A stretch of 64,000 bases of DNA from IMG/VR virus record IMGVR_UViG_3300047160_006212; one strand, 5' to 3'. Position numbers and translations under genes: made by a program. The number at the start of each line of letters is the position of its first letter. The first letter of the stretch is position 1. Under the pieces are notes generated by a model. The model was given only the letters and a program-made list of their open reading frames with translations. It did no database searches and was not told the DNA's origin. The DNA comes from an uncultured virus (IMG/VR IMGVR_UViG_3300047160_006212). Taxonomy: Duplodnaviria > Heunggongvirae > Uroviricota > Caudoviricetes. Below, piece by piece: positions 16,949 to 24,918 of this stretch.

Positions 16949-18015
16949 AGGACTTCCCCCAATCTTCGTACCATATCCCTGATCTCGTCTGGGGTTGGAT
17001 CAATACTGCAAATTTCCATCAGCACCATCTTGTCTTCAATGCGTTCCACGACCGGACAACAGACAGGCTCGGTCTCAAGAGCCGGAAGCCGGTACAGTGG
17101 TTTCATGTATCCCCTGCGCCAGGGAAGCGGCAGGGTCTTGTTGCAAGGTTCTTTCAACTGCGCAGCCCAGCAGTAATAGGCATGGCCGCAGTCGGGACGG
17201 GCAAAGGGAATGGTCAGCGGCAGCTTGGCATCAACGACGGCAGCTTCCAGCGCCATGGCGAACGCCAATCTTCCTTTCATGATCGCCTTGGCTTTGCTCA
17301 GCTGAACCATGGCCATCGCGGCGGTGACCTCGGTCATGCGCAGGTTCAGCCCAAGGAGGCCGCCCCTGACTTCACCATGGTTGATAGCCTCCCGCAGTCT
17401 TTTGTCGTTCTGGACATTGTGGCAGACCACGACGCCGCCTTCACCGGTTTGCAGATGCTTGTGAACGTTGAGGGAAAACACGCCGAATTGCCCAACCGTG
17501 CCGCAAAGTTTGTCGTATTCGCTGGCAAAGATTGCCTGCGCATTGTCTTCGATCAGGTAGATGTCATGCTTGTCGCAAATAGAGGCAAGGCGTTTCAAAT
17601 GGGCTGGCTGTCCGAACAGGTTGGTGACAATGATTGCCATGGTATTGTTGGTGATCAAGCCTTCGACCAGTTTAGGGTCCATGGTGTAGGTGTAGGGATC
17701 AATATCACACCAAACCAGCTTGGCGCCCAGCAGTTTGGGCGCCGCAGCGGTCGCGGACATGGTGTAGGGCGATACAATGACTTCATCGCCGACTTCGATC
17801 CCAATGGCCATGCATGCCGCAAGAAGCCCGCTTGTTCCTGAATTGCAAGCGACGGCATGCTCGACTTTAAAAGTTTTGGCCCATTGGTATTCCAAGCGAT
17901 GAACGTCTTCGCCGCCGTGCGCGCTGGTGGCGACGTAGCCGGACAACGGTTTGTTCATGACTGTGTAATGGGCGATATCGGCCTCGGCTTGCCCTATGGA
18001 ATTGAACGGCTTCAC
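16945..18015 (-). CDS. DegT/DnrJ/EryC1/StrS aminotransferase (PseC-like)
   Basis: NSGTSGL, IEDNAQA, FSLNVHKHLQTGEGG. Confidence 0.9.
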   Translation of the reverse strand: MKPFNSIGQAEADIAHYTVMNKPLSGYVATSAHGGEDVHRLEYQWAKTFKVEHAVACNSGTSGLLAACMAIGIEVGDEVIVSPYTMSATAAAPKLLGAKLVWCDIDPYTYTMDPKLVEGLITNNTMAIIVTNLFGQPAHLKRLASICDKHDIYLIEDNAQAIFASEYDKLCGTVGQFGVFSLNVHKHLQTGEGGVVVCHNVQNDKRLREAINHGEVRGGLLGLNLRMTEVTAAMAMVQLSKAKAIMKGRLAFAMALEAAVVDAKLPLTIPFARPDCGHAYYCWAAQLKEPCNKTLPLPWRRGYMKPLYRLPALETEPVCCPVVERIEDKMVLMEICSIDPTPDEIRDMVRRLGEVL

Positions 18016-18434
18016 AGCGTTTTCCGTTTCTTGTTTCTAAGACGCTGACAGGCTCTGCAGGCCCGGCATTTCCACCCTCGATATATGGAATGCCGCGTAT
18101 TAGCTTCATTGAATGGATGTCCCTTTGCGCAATGAGTCTTTTCTCTGTTCCATTTTCGTCCTATGCGGACATTTTCGGCATTGGTAACCACTCGAAGATG
18201 GTCAGGGTTAACGCATTCCGGTACTCTGCACAAATGGTCTAGAAACATGCCTTTTGGAATTGGTCCAAACTTGTCTTCATATGCAAGTCTGTGGGCGAGT
18301 TTTGTTTTTAGTCCTACATTCCTTTTGGTGTACTGGCCATAGCCGTGCGTGGTGTAATTCAGACACCCCATCCATATCCAGCAACCGCACTCGGTGACAG
18401 GGAAAACAAATTTCCAGAAAGTTTCGTCAAGCAT
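18012..18434 (-). CDS. HNH homing endonuclease
   Basis: GCWIWMG...AHRLAY...DHLCRVPECVNPDHL...KTHCAKGH. Confidence 0.9.
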   Translation of the reverse strand: MLDETFWKFVFPVTECGCWIWMGCLNYTTHGYGQYTKRNVGLKTKLAHRLAYEDKFGPIPKGMFLDHLCRVPECVNPDHLRVVTNAENVRIGRKWNREKTHCAKGHPFNEANTRHSIYRGWKCRACRACQRLRNKKRKTL

Positions 18435-19357
18435 TAGAGTGTCTTTCTTATTTGCTCGACGTTCAGCCACTTTTCATTTGAGTCTGAACAATATGAAAAT
18501 CCGGGTTTGATGTTGGATATGACTTCTGGAGTTATCACGTACCTATCCCATGTCTCAAGCCCGGATATGGCTTCATCGGCCGTCATCAAACACTCATGAA
18601 GCTTTTCGCCGGGTCTGATGCCAATGACTTTCCACTTGCCTTCTGGTTGGATAGCCTTGGCCAGATTGATGATTTCTATCGACGGTATTTTTGGGATAAA
18701 TATCTCTCGACCCTGCATCATATCTTCGCAGCTAAGTACAAAGTCTACAGCTTGATCGAGGGTGATCCAGAACCTTGTCATTCTGGTATCCGTAATCGAC
18801 AGTGGCTTTCCTGCAGCGTGGATGGCTTTGAAAACAGGCACAACTGAACCTCGGCTATTACAAACGTTACCGTACCTAACCACGCTGAACAGGCAGCGGC
18901 CAGCAGATAAATTATTAGCGGCGACAAAGATTTTTTCGGCACAAAGTTTTGTAGCTCCGTATAAGTTAAGCGGCGACACAGCCTTGTCGGTCGATAAGGC
19001 AATAACCCGCTTGACACCTGCGGCGATGGCGGCGCGGCAGACGTTTTCTGCACCGATAACGTTGGTAAGAACTGTTTCAAATGGATTGTACTCGCAAGTT
19101 GGCACGATCTTAAGCGCCGCCGCACTAAAGACCGTGTCAATGCCATACATCGCCATTTCAAGACGTGCGCGATCTCTTACATCCCCCACGAAGTAGCGTA
19201 GGCAAGGATCATCATAAGTCCTCGCCATGATGTCTTGCTTCTGTTCATCGCGGCTGAAAATAACTATGCGTTTTGGCTTTAAAGGCAAGACCTTTTTGAC
19301 GAAGGCATTTCCCCAGCTACCGGTTCCTCCGACCACCATAATGCTGCGGTCTTTCAT
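18434..19357 (-). CDS. pseB: UDP-N-acetylglucosamine 4,6-dehydratase (inverting)
   Basis: GGTGSWG, SRDEQKQ, AALKIVP..EYNP, LSTDKA, YGATK, RYGNV, GIRPGEKLHE. Confidence 0.9.
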   Translation of the reverse strand: MKDRSIMVVGGTGSWGNAFVKKVLPLKPKRIVIFSRDEQKQDIMARTYDDPCLRYFVGDVRDRARLEMAMYGIDTVFSAAALKIVPTCEYNPFETVLTNVIGAENVCRAAIAAGVKRVIALSTDKAVSPLNLYGATKLCAEKIFVAANNLSAGRCLFSVVRYGNVCNSRGSVVPVFKAIHAAGKPLSITDTRMTRFWITLDQAVDFVLSCEDMMQGREIFIPKIPSIEIINLAKAIQPEGKWKVIGIRPGEKLHECLMTADEAISGLETWDRYVITPEVISNIKPGFSYCSDSNEKWLNVEQIRKTL

Positions 19358-21321
19358 CTTACCCCCTGTCCTTCAATCAGCCTTCCATCAAGCTCTGCGC
19401 CGTCCTTGATCGCCCTTAAACTGCCATCACATGCGGCAAGAATATGGCGAATCTGTGGTTCCTTGTGGGCAAAACAGGTATTGAAACTGCTGATAATGAG
19501 AACCCCCCTGCGAGCCATCTCTTGGATGAAGAGACTTTGGATATGTTTAGTCTTGAACTTGATGCGCGGCAGTGCGGTCTGGCCGTACAGGAAAATGTCA
19601 CTGACATCATGCTTGGCAAGCAGCTGGATGAATTCATGCCAGATGGTTCTGCCAATGGCGTCCAGATAGTGCGGAACATTCTCGGCTTCCAATTTGCGGA
19701 TCGTCGCAATCGCGGCGGCAATCGACAAGGCCTCGCCAAAGAAGGTGCCGGAATAGGAAATCTCTGTCATGCGTTCCATGAACTTGCGTTTGCCGACCAA
19801 GGCCGAGATCGGCATGCCGTTGGCCATGGATTTGCCGAATGTGCTCAGGTCAGGCGTCACGCCGTAGACTTTCTGCAAGCCGCCCATCCCAAATCTGAAA
19901 CCACTGATGATTTCATCAAAAATCAATAGGGTTCCTTTAGTCTCTGTTACCTGCCGGACAAGATTAAGGTCTTTCGCATTCATGAATTCCGGCTCTATGA
20001 TAATTGCTGCTGCCTCACCTATTTCTTTTATGTCTTTGCTGGTTAGCTTTTTGACTGCTTCAGGAATTCCATTGTTGCGGATGGGATCATTGGCGACACT
20101 CCAGTCGTGCCAGCCATGGTAATAGCCGCCTGTGATAATCTTATCCCGTCCGGTGATATGACGCGCCAGCCGCACTGCCGCTGATGTTACATCACTGCCG
20201 TTCTTGCCGAACCGGACCATGTCGGCGGATGGGATCAGCCTGTTCAGCATCTTGGTGAGGATCAGTTCCTGTGGCGTGGCTAGCGAGAAGGAAATCCCCC
20301 GATCCAGTTGTGCGCGAATAGCAGCGTCAACATCAGGATCACGATAGCCAAGAATATTAGGTAGCAGCCCACCAACGCAATCGACATAGTCATTTCCATC
20401 AATGTCGAAAGCATATCCGCCGTCGCCGTGACTGAGGAATAAAGGCGATGCCCCAGCCGGGAACATGAGCTTCGATTTGGAATAGGTCTGGGCGCCAAGA
20501 GGGATGTATGTCTCGGCGGTCTGAAGCCAGTTCTTGGAATTTTCATATTTGCGTGGCGCTTGAATGGCTTCATCGGTCAGGGCTTCGTAGAAACGCTCAT
20601 TGCGGTCGTATTTGGCATTGATCTTTCTGAGATCAGGCTCGCGGTCGAGCACAGCAAGAATATCCAGATAAGAAGGAGGCTTCCCAAGACGCGCCAGTCG
20701 TCCAGCCACCTGTCGGATGAACTCCAAGTCTTCGGGGCTGTCCAAGACCCATCGCTCACGATGGAGATCAGGAAGAGGACAGACCAGATTGGCATGATGA
20801 AAACGATGGGAATTACGAACGATGTAGCGGGTAACACAATCGCGGTCAGTGTCACGGGTGGCCTCCCCTTGCGCTATGCTTAAAGCGCGAATGGTCATGA
20901 CCTCCACATCCAATCCGTCAGGGTATGTCGGTGGATTGGTATTGGTCGCGTAGTCGGCATTGGTCATTTTGCGAAGCTGGAGGACTTCATCGATTATCTG
21001 AGGATCAAGGAAGCAACAATCACACGTGATTCTGACAAGAATATCGCCGTGATACTTGATCGCAGCTTGATAAAATCTGTCTAGAACATCTGTTTCGCTA
21101 CCGCGAAAGCAACGTATTCCGTATCTGTCGCACCAATCAGAAATTTGGTCGTCTATTTTTAGTGTAGACGTGGCTACGATGACTTCATCAACTAATTCTG
21201 CTTTACGGCAAGCTTGGGTTACCCAACCTATGCAAGGCTTGTCGCCGATTACTTCCATAACCTTGCCGGGCAGGCGTGTTGAGGACATTCTGGCTTGGCA
21301 AATGGCTATAGTCCTATTCAT
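19354..21321 (-). CDS. SpsF/PseF-like cytidylyltransferase fused to class III aminotransferase
   Basis: QARMSSTRLPGKV, RGSETDVL; C-terminal FGKNGSD, FDEIISGFR, FGKSMANG. Confidence 0.88.
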   Translation of the reverse strand: MNRTIAICQARMSSTRLPGKVMEVIGDKPCIGWVTQACRKAELVDEVIVATSTLKIDDQISDWCDRYGIRCFRGSETDVLDRFYQAAIKYHGDILVRITCDCCFLDPQIIDEVLQLRKMTNADYATNTNPPTYPDGLDVEVMTIRALSIAQGEATRDTDRDCVTRYIVRNSHRFHHANLVCPLPDLHRERWVLDSPEDLEFIRQVAGRLARLGKPPSYLDILAVLDREPDLRKINAKYDRNERFYEALTDEAIQAPRKYENSKNWLQTAETYIPLGAQTYSKSKLMFPAGASPLFLSHGDGGYAFDIDGNDYVDCVGGLLPNILGYRDPDVDAAIRAQLDRGISFSLATPQELILTKMLNRLIPSADMVRFGKNGSDVTSAAVRLARHITGRDKIITGGYYHGWHDWSVANDPIRNNGIPEAVKKLTSKDIKEIGEAAAIIIEPEFMNAKDLNLVRQVTETKGTLLIFDEIISGFRFGMGGLQKVYGVTPDLSTFGKSMANGMPISALVGKRKFMERMTEISYSGTFFGEALSIAAAIATIRKLEAENVPHYLDAIGRTIWHEFIQLLAKHDVSDIFLYGQTALPRIKFKTKHIQSLFIQEMARRGVLIISSFNTCFAHKEPQIRHILAACDGSLRAIKDGAELDGRLIEGQGVR

Positions 21322-21815
21322 TTCGTCCTCGCAAATTCGCCGTAATACATTTTGGCAGCATTGACATATGCTTCATGGGCTTCTTCTGGTGTTGAAAAGC
21401 ATCCAAGGTAGATTCCCTTGTTATTGCGGGATACTCTTGCGAAGAATCGTCCGGTTCGTTTGCCGCGTGACTGAACTTCGGTGACGCCCTTTGGTAGAAT
21501 TCTATGTTCGGACGGCTTTCTGTTTGCATTATTATCTCGACGGGTGGCTATTCGTAGATTTTCCCATTTGTTGTTAGCTCGATCACCATCGATATGGTCG
21601 ATTTCCTTCGGAATCGATCCTGTCATATACAAAAAGGCTAATTGGTGCGAGTAATAGCGACGCTTATCAATGTTGAAGGCCACGTATCCATGCACTCTCC
21701 TGCCTCCTACCACGCAATTAGCTTTAGCGCGTGAACGACAAATAAGATTTGTCCACATTCCAGTGCTTGGGTCATAATTTAGGACCTCTTTGAGCCTTTC
21801 TTGGGTTAACATCAT
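21318..21815 (-). CDS. HNH-AP2 homing endonuclease
   Basis: LTQERLKEVLNYDP, IDHIDGDRANN..NLR, YLGCF..EEAH.AY..GEFA. Confidence 0.9.
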   Translation of the reverse strand: MMLTQERLKEVLNYDPSTGMWTNLICRSRAKANCVVGGRRVHGYVAFNIDKRRYYSHQLAFLYMTGSIPKEIDHIDGDRANNKWENLRIATRRDNNANRKPSEHRILPKGVTEVQSRGKRTGRFFARVSRNNKGIYLGCFSTPEEAHEAYVNAAKMYYGEFARTK

Positions 21816-22702
21816 TCCAGACCCGCCATTTTCCTTGCTGCCATGACTGTTCTGAGAGCACGAATGCCATCGTAACCGCCTGCGAGCCATTTCCCGTGGT
21901 CTGAAGTCTCTATGACGTTGATGAACGTCTTGAGTTCATCGACATAGTTGTCATCAAAGCTGTCATGACCCTGAAAATACAATGCCATGCCTTCGCCATT
22001 GATGCGCATGGCGATCTCACGGCGGATCAGGTTGACATAAATTGAAGCTACGCTGCCCTCGATCCAGTAAAATCGCTGCTGTGGGTCGGTGTAGTAGTCG
22101 GCCTGAATGAAAACCCGGTCCGCAACGGACGGAAACTTCATAGTGATGAAGCACTCGGTCGAATCCTTGCCTTGATCGTCCATTGGAGCGGTGCATTGAA
22201 TGACTCCGCCCTCGCCGAAGAAGAAATGCGCCAGATCGATCTCATGAACAGCCCAATTTCGGATGACGCCATCACGCAGATAGGGCGATTTGTCGGATTT
22301 CTGCAAAACGGAGAACGATGCGCACTGAATGTCACCGAGCAAGCCCTTATTGAGAACTCTGACTGTTTCTTGAACGCAGGAATGAAAACGCAGATTGAAG
22401 CCGGTGGCGACAATGAGGTCATACGCGGCGTTTGAAAAAATGTTCTCGATTGTATTCGGGCTATCATAGCCAATCGGCTTTTCGACCAGCACGTGTTTTC
22501 CGGATGCAAGGGAATCATGAAGATCAATAACGTGATCTTCCGTAGGTGAGGCCACAATGATGGCGTCGGCCCATCCGATGACATGTTCACGCGTGAAGTC
22601 ACCGATTTGAGGATCATAAACGCGAGTTTGATGACCAAGCGCTGTAGCGTTCTTGGTATGTCGCCGTCCAATTGATCCATAGCCGAGGATGCCGATTTTC
22701 AT
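21812..22702 (-). CDS. Gfo/Idh/MocA oxidoreductase
   Basis: GYGSIG, GKHVLVEKP, HEID. Confidence 0.88.
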   Translation of the reverse strand: MKIGILGYGSIGRRHTKNATALGHQTRVYDPQIGDFTREHVIGWADAIIVASPTEDHVIDLHDSLASGKHVLVEKPIGYDSPNTIENIFSNAAYDLIVATGFNLRFHSCVQETVRVLNKGLLGDIQCASFSVLQKSDKSPYLRDGVIRNWAVHEIDLAHFFFGEGGVIQCTAPMDDQGKDSTECFITMKFPSVADRVFIQADYYTDPQQRFYWIEGSVASIYVNLIRREIAMRINGEGMALYFQGHDSFDDNYVDELKTFINVIETSDHGKWLAGGYDGIRALRTVMAARKMAGLE

Positions 22703-23310
22703 AGGGCCCATCCCTGATCTGTATCTTTGCGCAAAGCCCAAACGCGGGTTTCTGTATCGGGGTAAAACTCACCGATCAACTGATAGGCCGGGTTGCCCGT
22801 CCAAAGTTTGCTATAGTTCATCTTGTAGGAGAACAGGCCTTCCTTGTGCTTGTAGGGCACCTTGCGCGGATTCAGGGCAGCAAAATCATGGATGATGATA
22901 TGGCCACCTTCGCGCAACATAGCGTCGGCTTCCATGACGACACGTTGCAACAGGTTGCGGTCCACCAGATATAGGCAAAAGGCATAGATGATCAGATCGG
23001 CGGATTTGATCTTGGGGAAATCAACCGTGCCAACCATGAATTCGACCCGTGGGGCTTTGTATGACTTGCGTGCATCCTCGATGGCGTCGTGTGATGGATC
23101 AACGCCGAGAATATGGGCGTCTGGAAAAAGCTGGTGCAGATTGTCAACTTGCCAGCCGTCAGAGCAACCAAACACGACGATCTCTGTGGGCTTCAGGTCA
23201 AGATTTATGACCATTGGCGTGATGGAGTCACGCTTTGGCTTGTCCTTGTTGCGATGATACCATGCATCGCCTTCGCCTTTAAGAAAGGCTTCGGTTTGGG
23301 GTACTTCCAT
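22699..23310 (-). CDS. class I SAM-dependent methyltransferase
   Basis: FGCSDG, GVDPS, FCLYLVDR; EGDAWYHRN N-terminus seen in sugar-cluster methylases. Confidence 0.8.
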   Translation of the reverse strand: MEVPQTEAFLKGEGDAWYHRNKDKPKRDSITPMVINLDLKPTEIVVFGCSDGWQVDNLHQLFPDAHILGVDPSHDAIEDARKSYKAPRVEFMVGTVDFPKIKSADLIIYAFCLYLVDRNLLQRVVMEADAMLREGGHIIIHDFAALNPRKVPYKHKEGLFSYKMNYSKLWTGNPAYQLIGEFYPDTETRVWALRKDTDQGWAL

Positions 23311-24163
23311 TTGCGTTCCTCAAGACCAGAAGGAGATTGGGAGAGCATCCGCATTCATTGCCGAAGGTCGGCATCTGCGCTGCAATTCTATTGATATCGC
23401 TGTCATAATCGGGTTCGATACCTTTTTCCTGGCAGATTTTGGCATAGAGCACACGGGACGCCATGTAGTAGAAATGGCCGATGTTTTCGCTGTATTCGAG
23501 CGCGAAGATGTTCTGTCCCTGGGCAATAAATCGCTTGAAACTGTCATCCGGAATGTAGAAATTGTGCCAGCGTTCGGTGATCGGAGGTAGGCCAAGCGCG
23601 TTGCGAATGAGATTGAGGTTTGCCAAGCCTTCCTTGAAGTTTTCCACCAAGATCAGGCGACCATCAGGTTTCAGCATCTTTCTCATTTCGAGAATGGCAA
23701 TTTTCTGTTCTTCCCAGTTCGATAAATTGATGAGACAGCGCGTAGAAATGACCACGTCATAATGACGCGGAATAAGATATCGATTGCGCGACAGAGATAG
23801 AACGTCGCCCTCGTGGAACTCGATATTGGGTCCACTGCCCAAATCCTTCGCCTGTTTGATCATCTTCGGCGAAAAATCCACCCCAACAACATCAGAATCC
23901 GGAAACTTGTCGCCAATCATATCCGTGGTGAAGCCGTTCCCGCAACCAGCGTCAAGGATGGTCTCATGGGGCATCAAGCCAATGACCCGAAGAATAGATT
24001 CTATTTCAAGCTTGCGGTAGTGCTGATCTGGGTTGGTGGCCTTATCGGAGTGACCGTATTTCTCAGCCATTTCATTCCAGAACCCGAGGACATCATTCTG
24101 GGCCTCGCCGTTCTCTTTGATCTGATTTGAGGGCGAGGACTTTGGTGGCGCGGATTTTGCCAT
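23279..24163 (-). CDS. class I SAM-dependent methyltransferase
   Basis: ILDAGCGNG, GVDFS, LKPDG. Confidence 0.85.
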   Translation of the reverse strand: MAKSAPPKSSPSNQIKENGEAQNDVLGFWNEMAEKYGHSDKATNPDQHYRKLEIESILRVIGLMPHETILDAGCGNGFTTDMIGDKFPDSDVVGVDFSPKMIKQAKDLGSGPNIEFHEGDVLSLSRNRYLIPRHYDVVISTRCLINLSNWEEQKIAILEMRKMLKPDGRLILVENFKEGLANLNLIRNALGLPPITERWHNFYIPDDSFKRFIAQGQNIFALEYSENIGHFYYMASRVLYAKICQEKGIEPDYDSDINRIAAQMPTFGNECGCSPNLLLVLRNANGSTPNRSLS

Positions 24164-24665
24164 AGATGAGCAGGTCCTTTGGTTGTCCGTTGAACAGGAA
24201 GTGGTCCTTGATCACGGCCTCTTGGGTAAACTCAAGCTTCTTGAAGACACTGATCATGGCCTCATTGCAAGCCATGGTGCCGCCTTCGATCTTGCGAAAG
24301 CGCTCGCCAAACAGATATTCACAGGCGGCGTCATAGGCTTCGCAGGCAAAGCCACGTCCCCAGTAGCGCACGTCCCCGATCAGGATGCCGACATTGGCGA
24401 CCATGTTGGCATGGTCGAGCAACGCGGTCATTGACCCGATAGGGTTTTCCTCAAGCTTGATATCCCAGTACATGTCCTCATTGTGGATATAGGATTGCAG
24501 GTATCTGTACTGGCTGTCCTTGGTGTGTTTCTGATGCCGTTGTTCCGAATAACGCGTGACGACCGGGTCGTTCAGCCACTTCAGATAATGCGTCATATCC
24601 ATACCGCGATGGATCATGGGTTCGGACAGGATCAGCCGGGCTGATCTGAGGGTGGGAGCCTGCAT
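24093..24665 (-). CDS. GNAT/RimJ-like N-acetyltransferase (PseH-like)
   Basis: YLKWLNDP, GILIGD..WGRGF, NEAM. Confidence 0.85.
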   Translation of the reverse strand: MQAPTLRSARLILSEPMIHRGMDMTHYLKWLNDPVVTRYSEQRHQKHTKDSQYRYLQSYIHNEDMYWDIKLEENPIGSMTALLDHANMVANVGILIGDVRYWGRGFACEAYDAACEYLFGERFRKIEGGTMACNEAMISVFKKLEFTQEAVIKDHFLFNGQPKDLLIYGKIRATKVLALKSDQRERRGPE

Positions 24666-24862
24666 CAGGGAGCCTTCTTTGTCTTGCGGGCCCTCTTTCC
24701 GAGGTCGGGGTGCATCTGAATGGCGTGTTCAATCAGATGGAGTAAGTTCCAGAGGGTGCTTTTGATGTAAGGGGTGTTGGCGTCGTAGTCGCCAAGACGG
24801 TGGAGTTCAGCCCAACGACGTTGGGTGTCGTCACGCAGTCTGCGAAGGTCTTTGATGTTCAT
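24665..24862 (-). CDS. small hypothetical protein heading the sugar operon
   Basis: 65-aa ORF coupled by TGATG to GNAT gene; start uncertain. Confidence 0.55.
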   Translation of the reverse strand: MNIKDLRRLRDDTQRRWAELHRLGDYDANTPYIKSTLWNLLHLIEHAIQMHPDLGKRARKTKKAP

Positions 24863-24884
24863 AAACCCATCTTGGGGAGACAGT

Positions 24885-24912
24885 TTGTCTAAATTAAGGC
24901 AGGCGCTATAAT
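24885..24912 (+). promoter_or_regulatory. putative promoter for terL (possibly leaderless)
   Basis: TTGTCT-16 bp-TATAAT, ATG 6 nt downstream. Confidence 0.45.
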
Positions 24913-24918
24913 GGCCCC

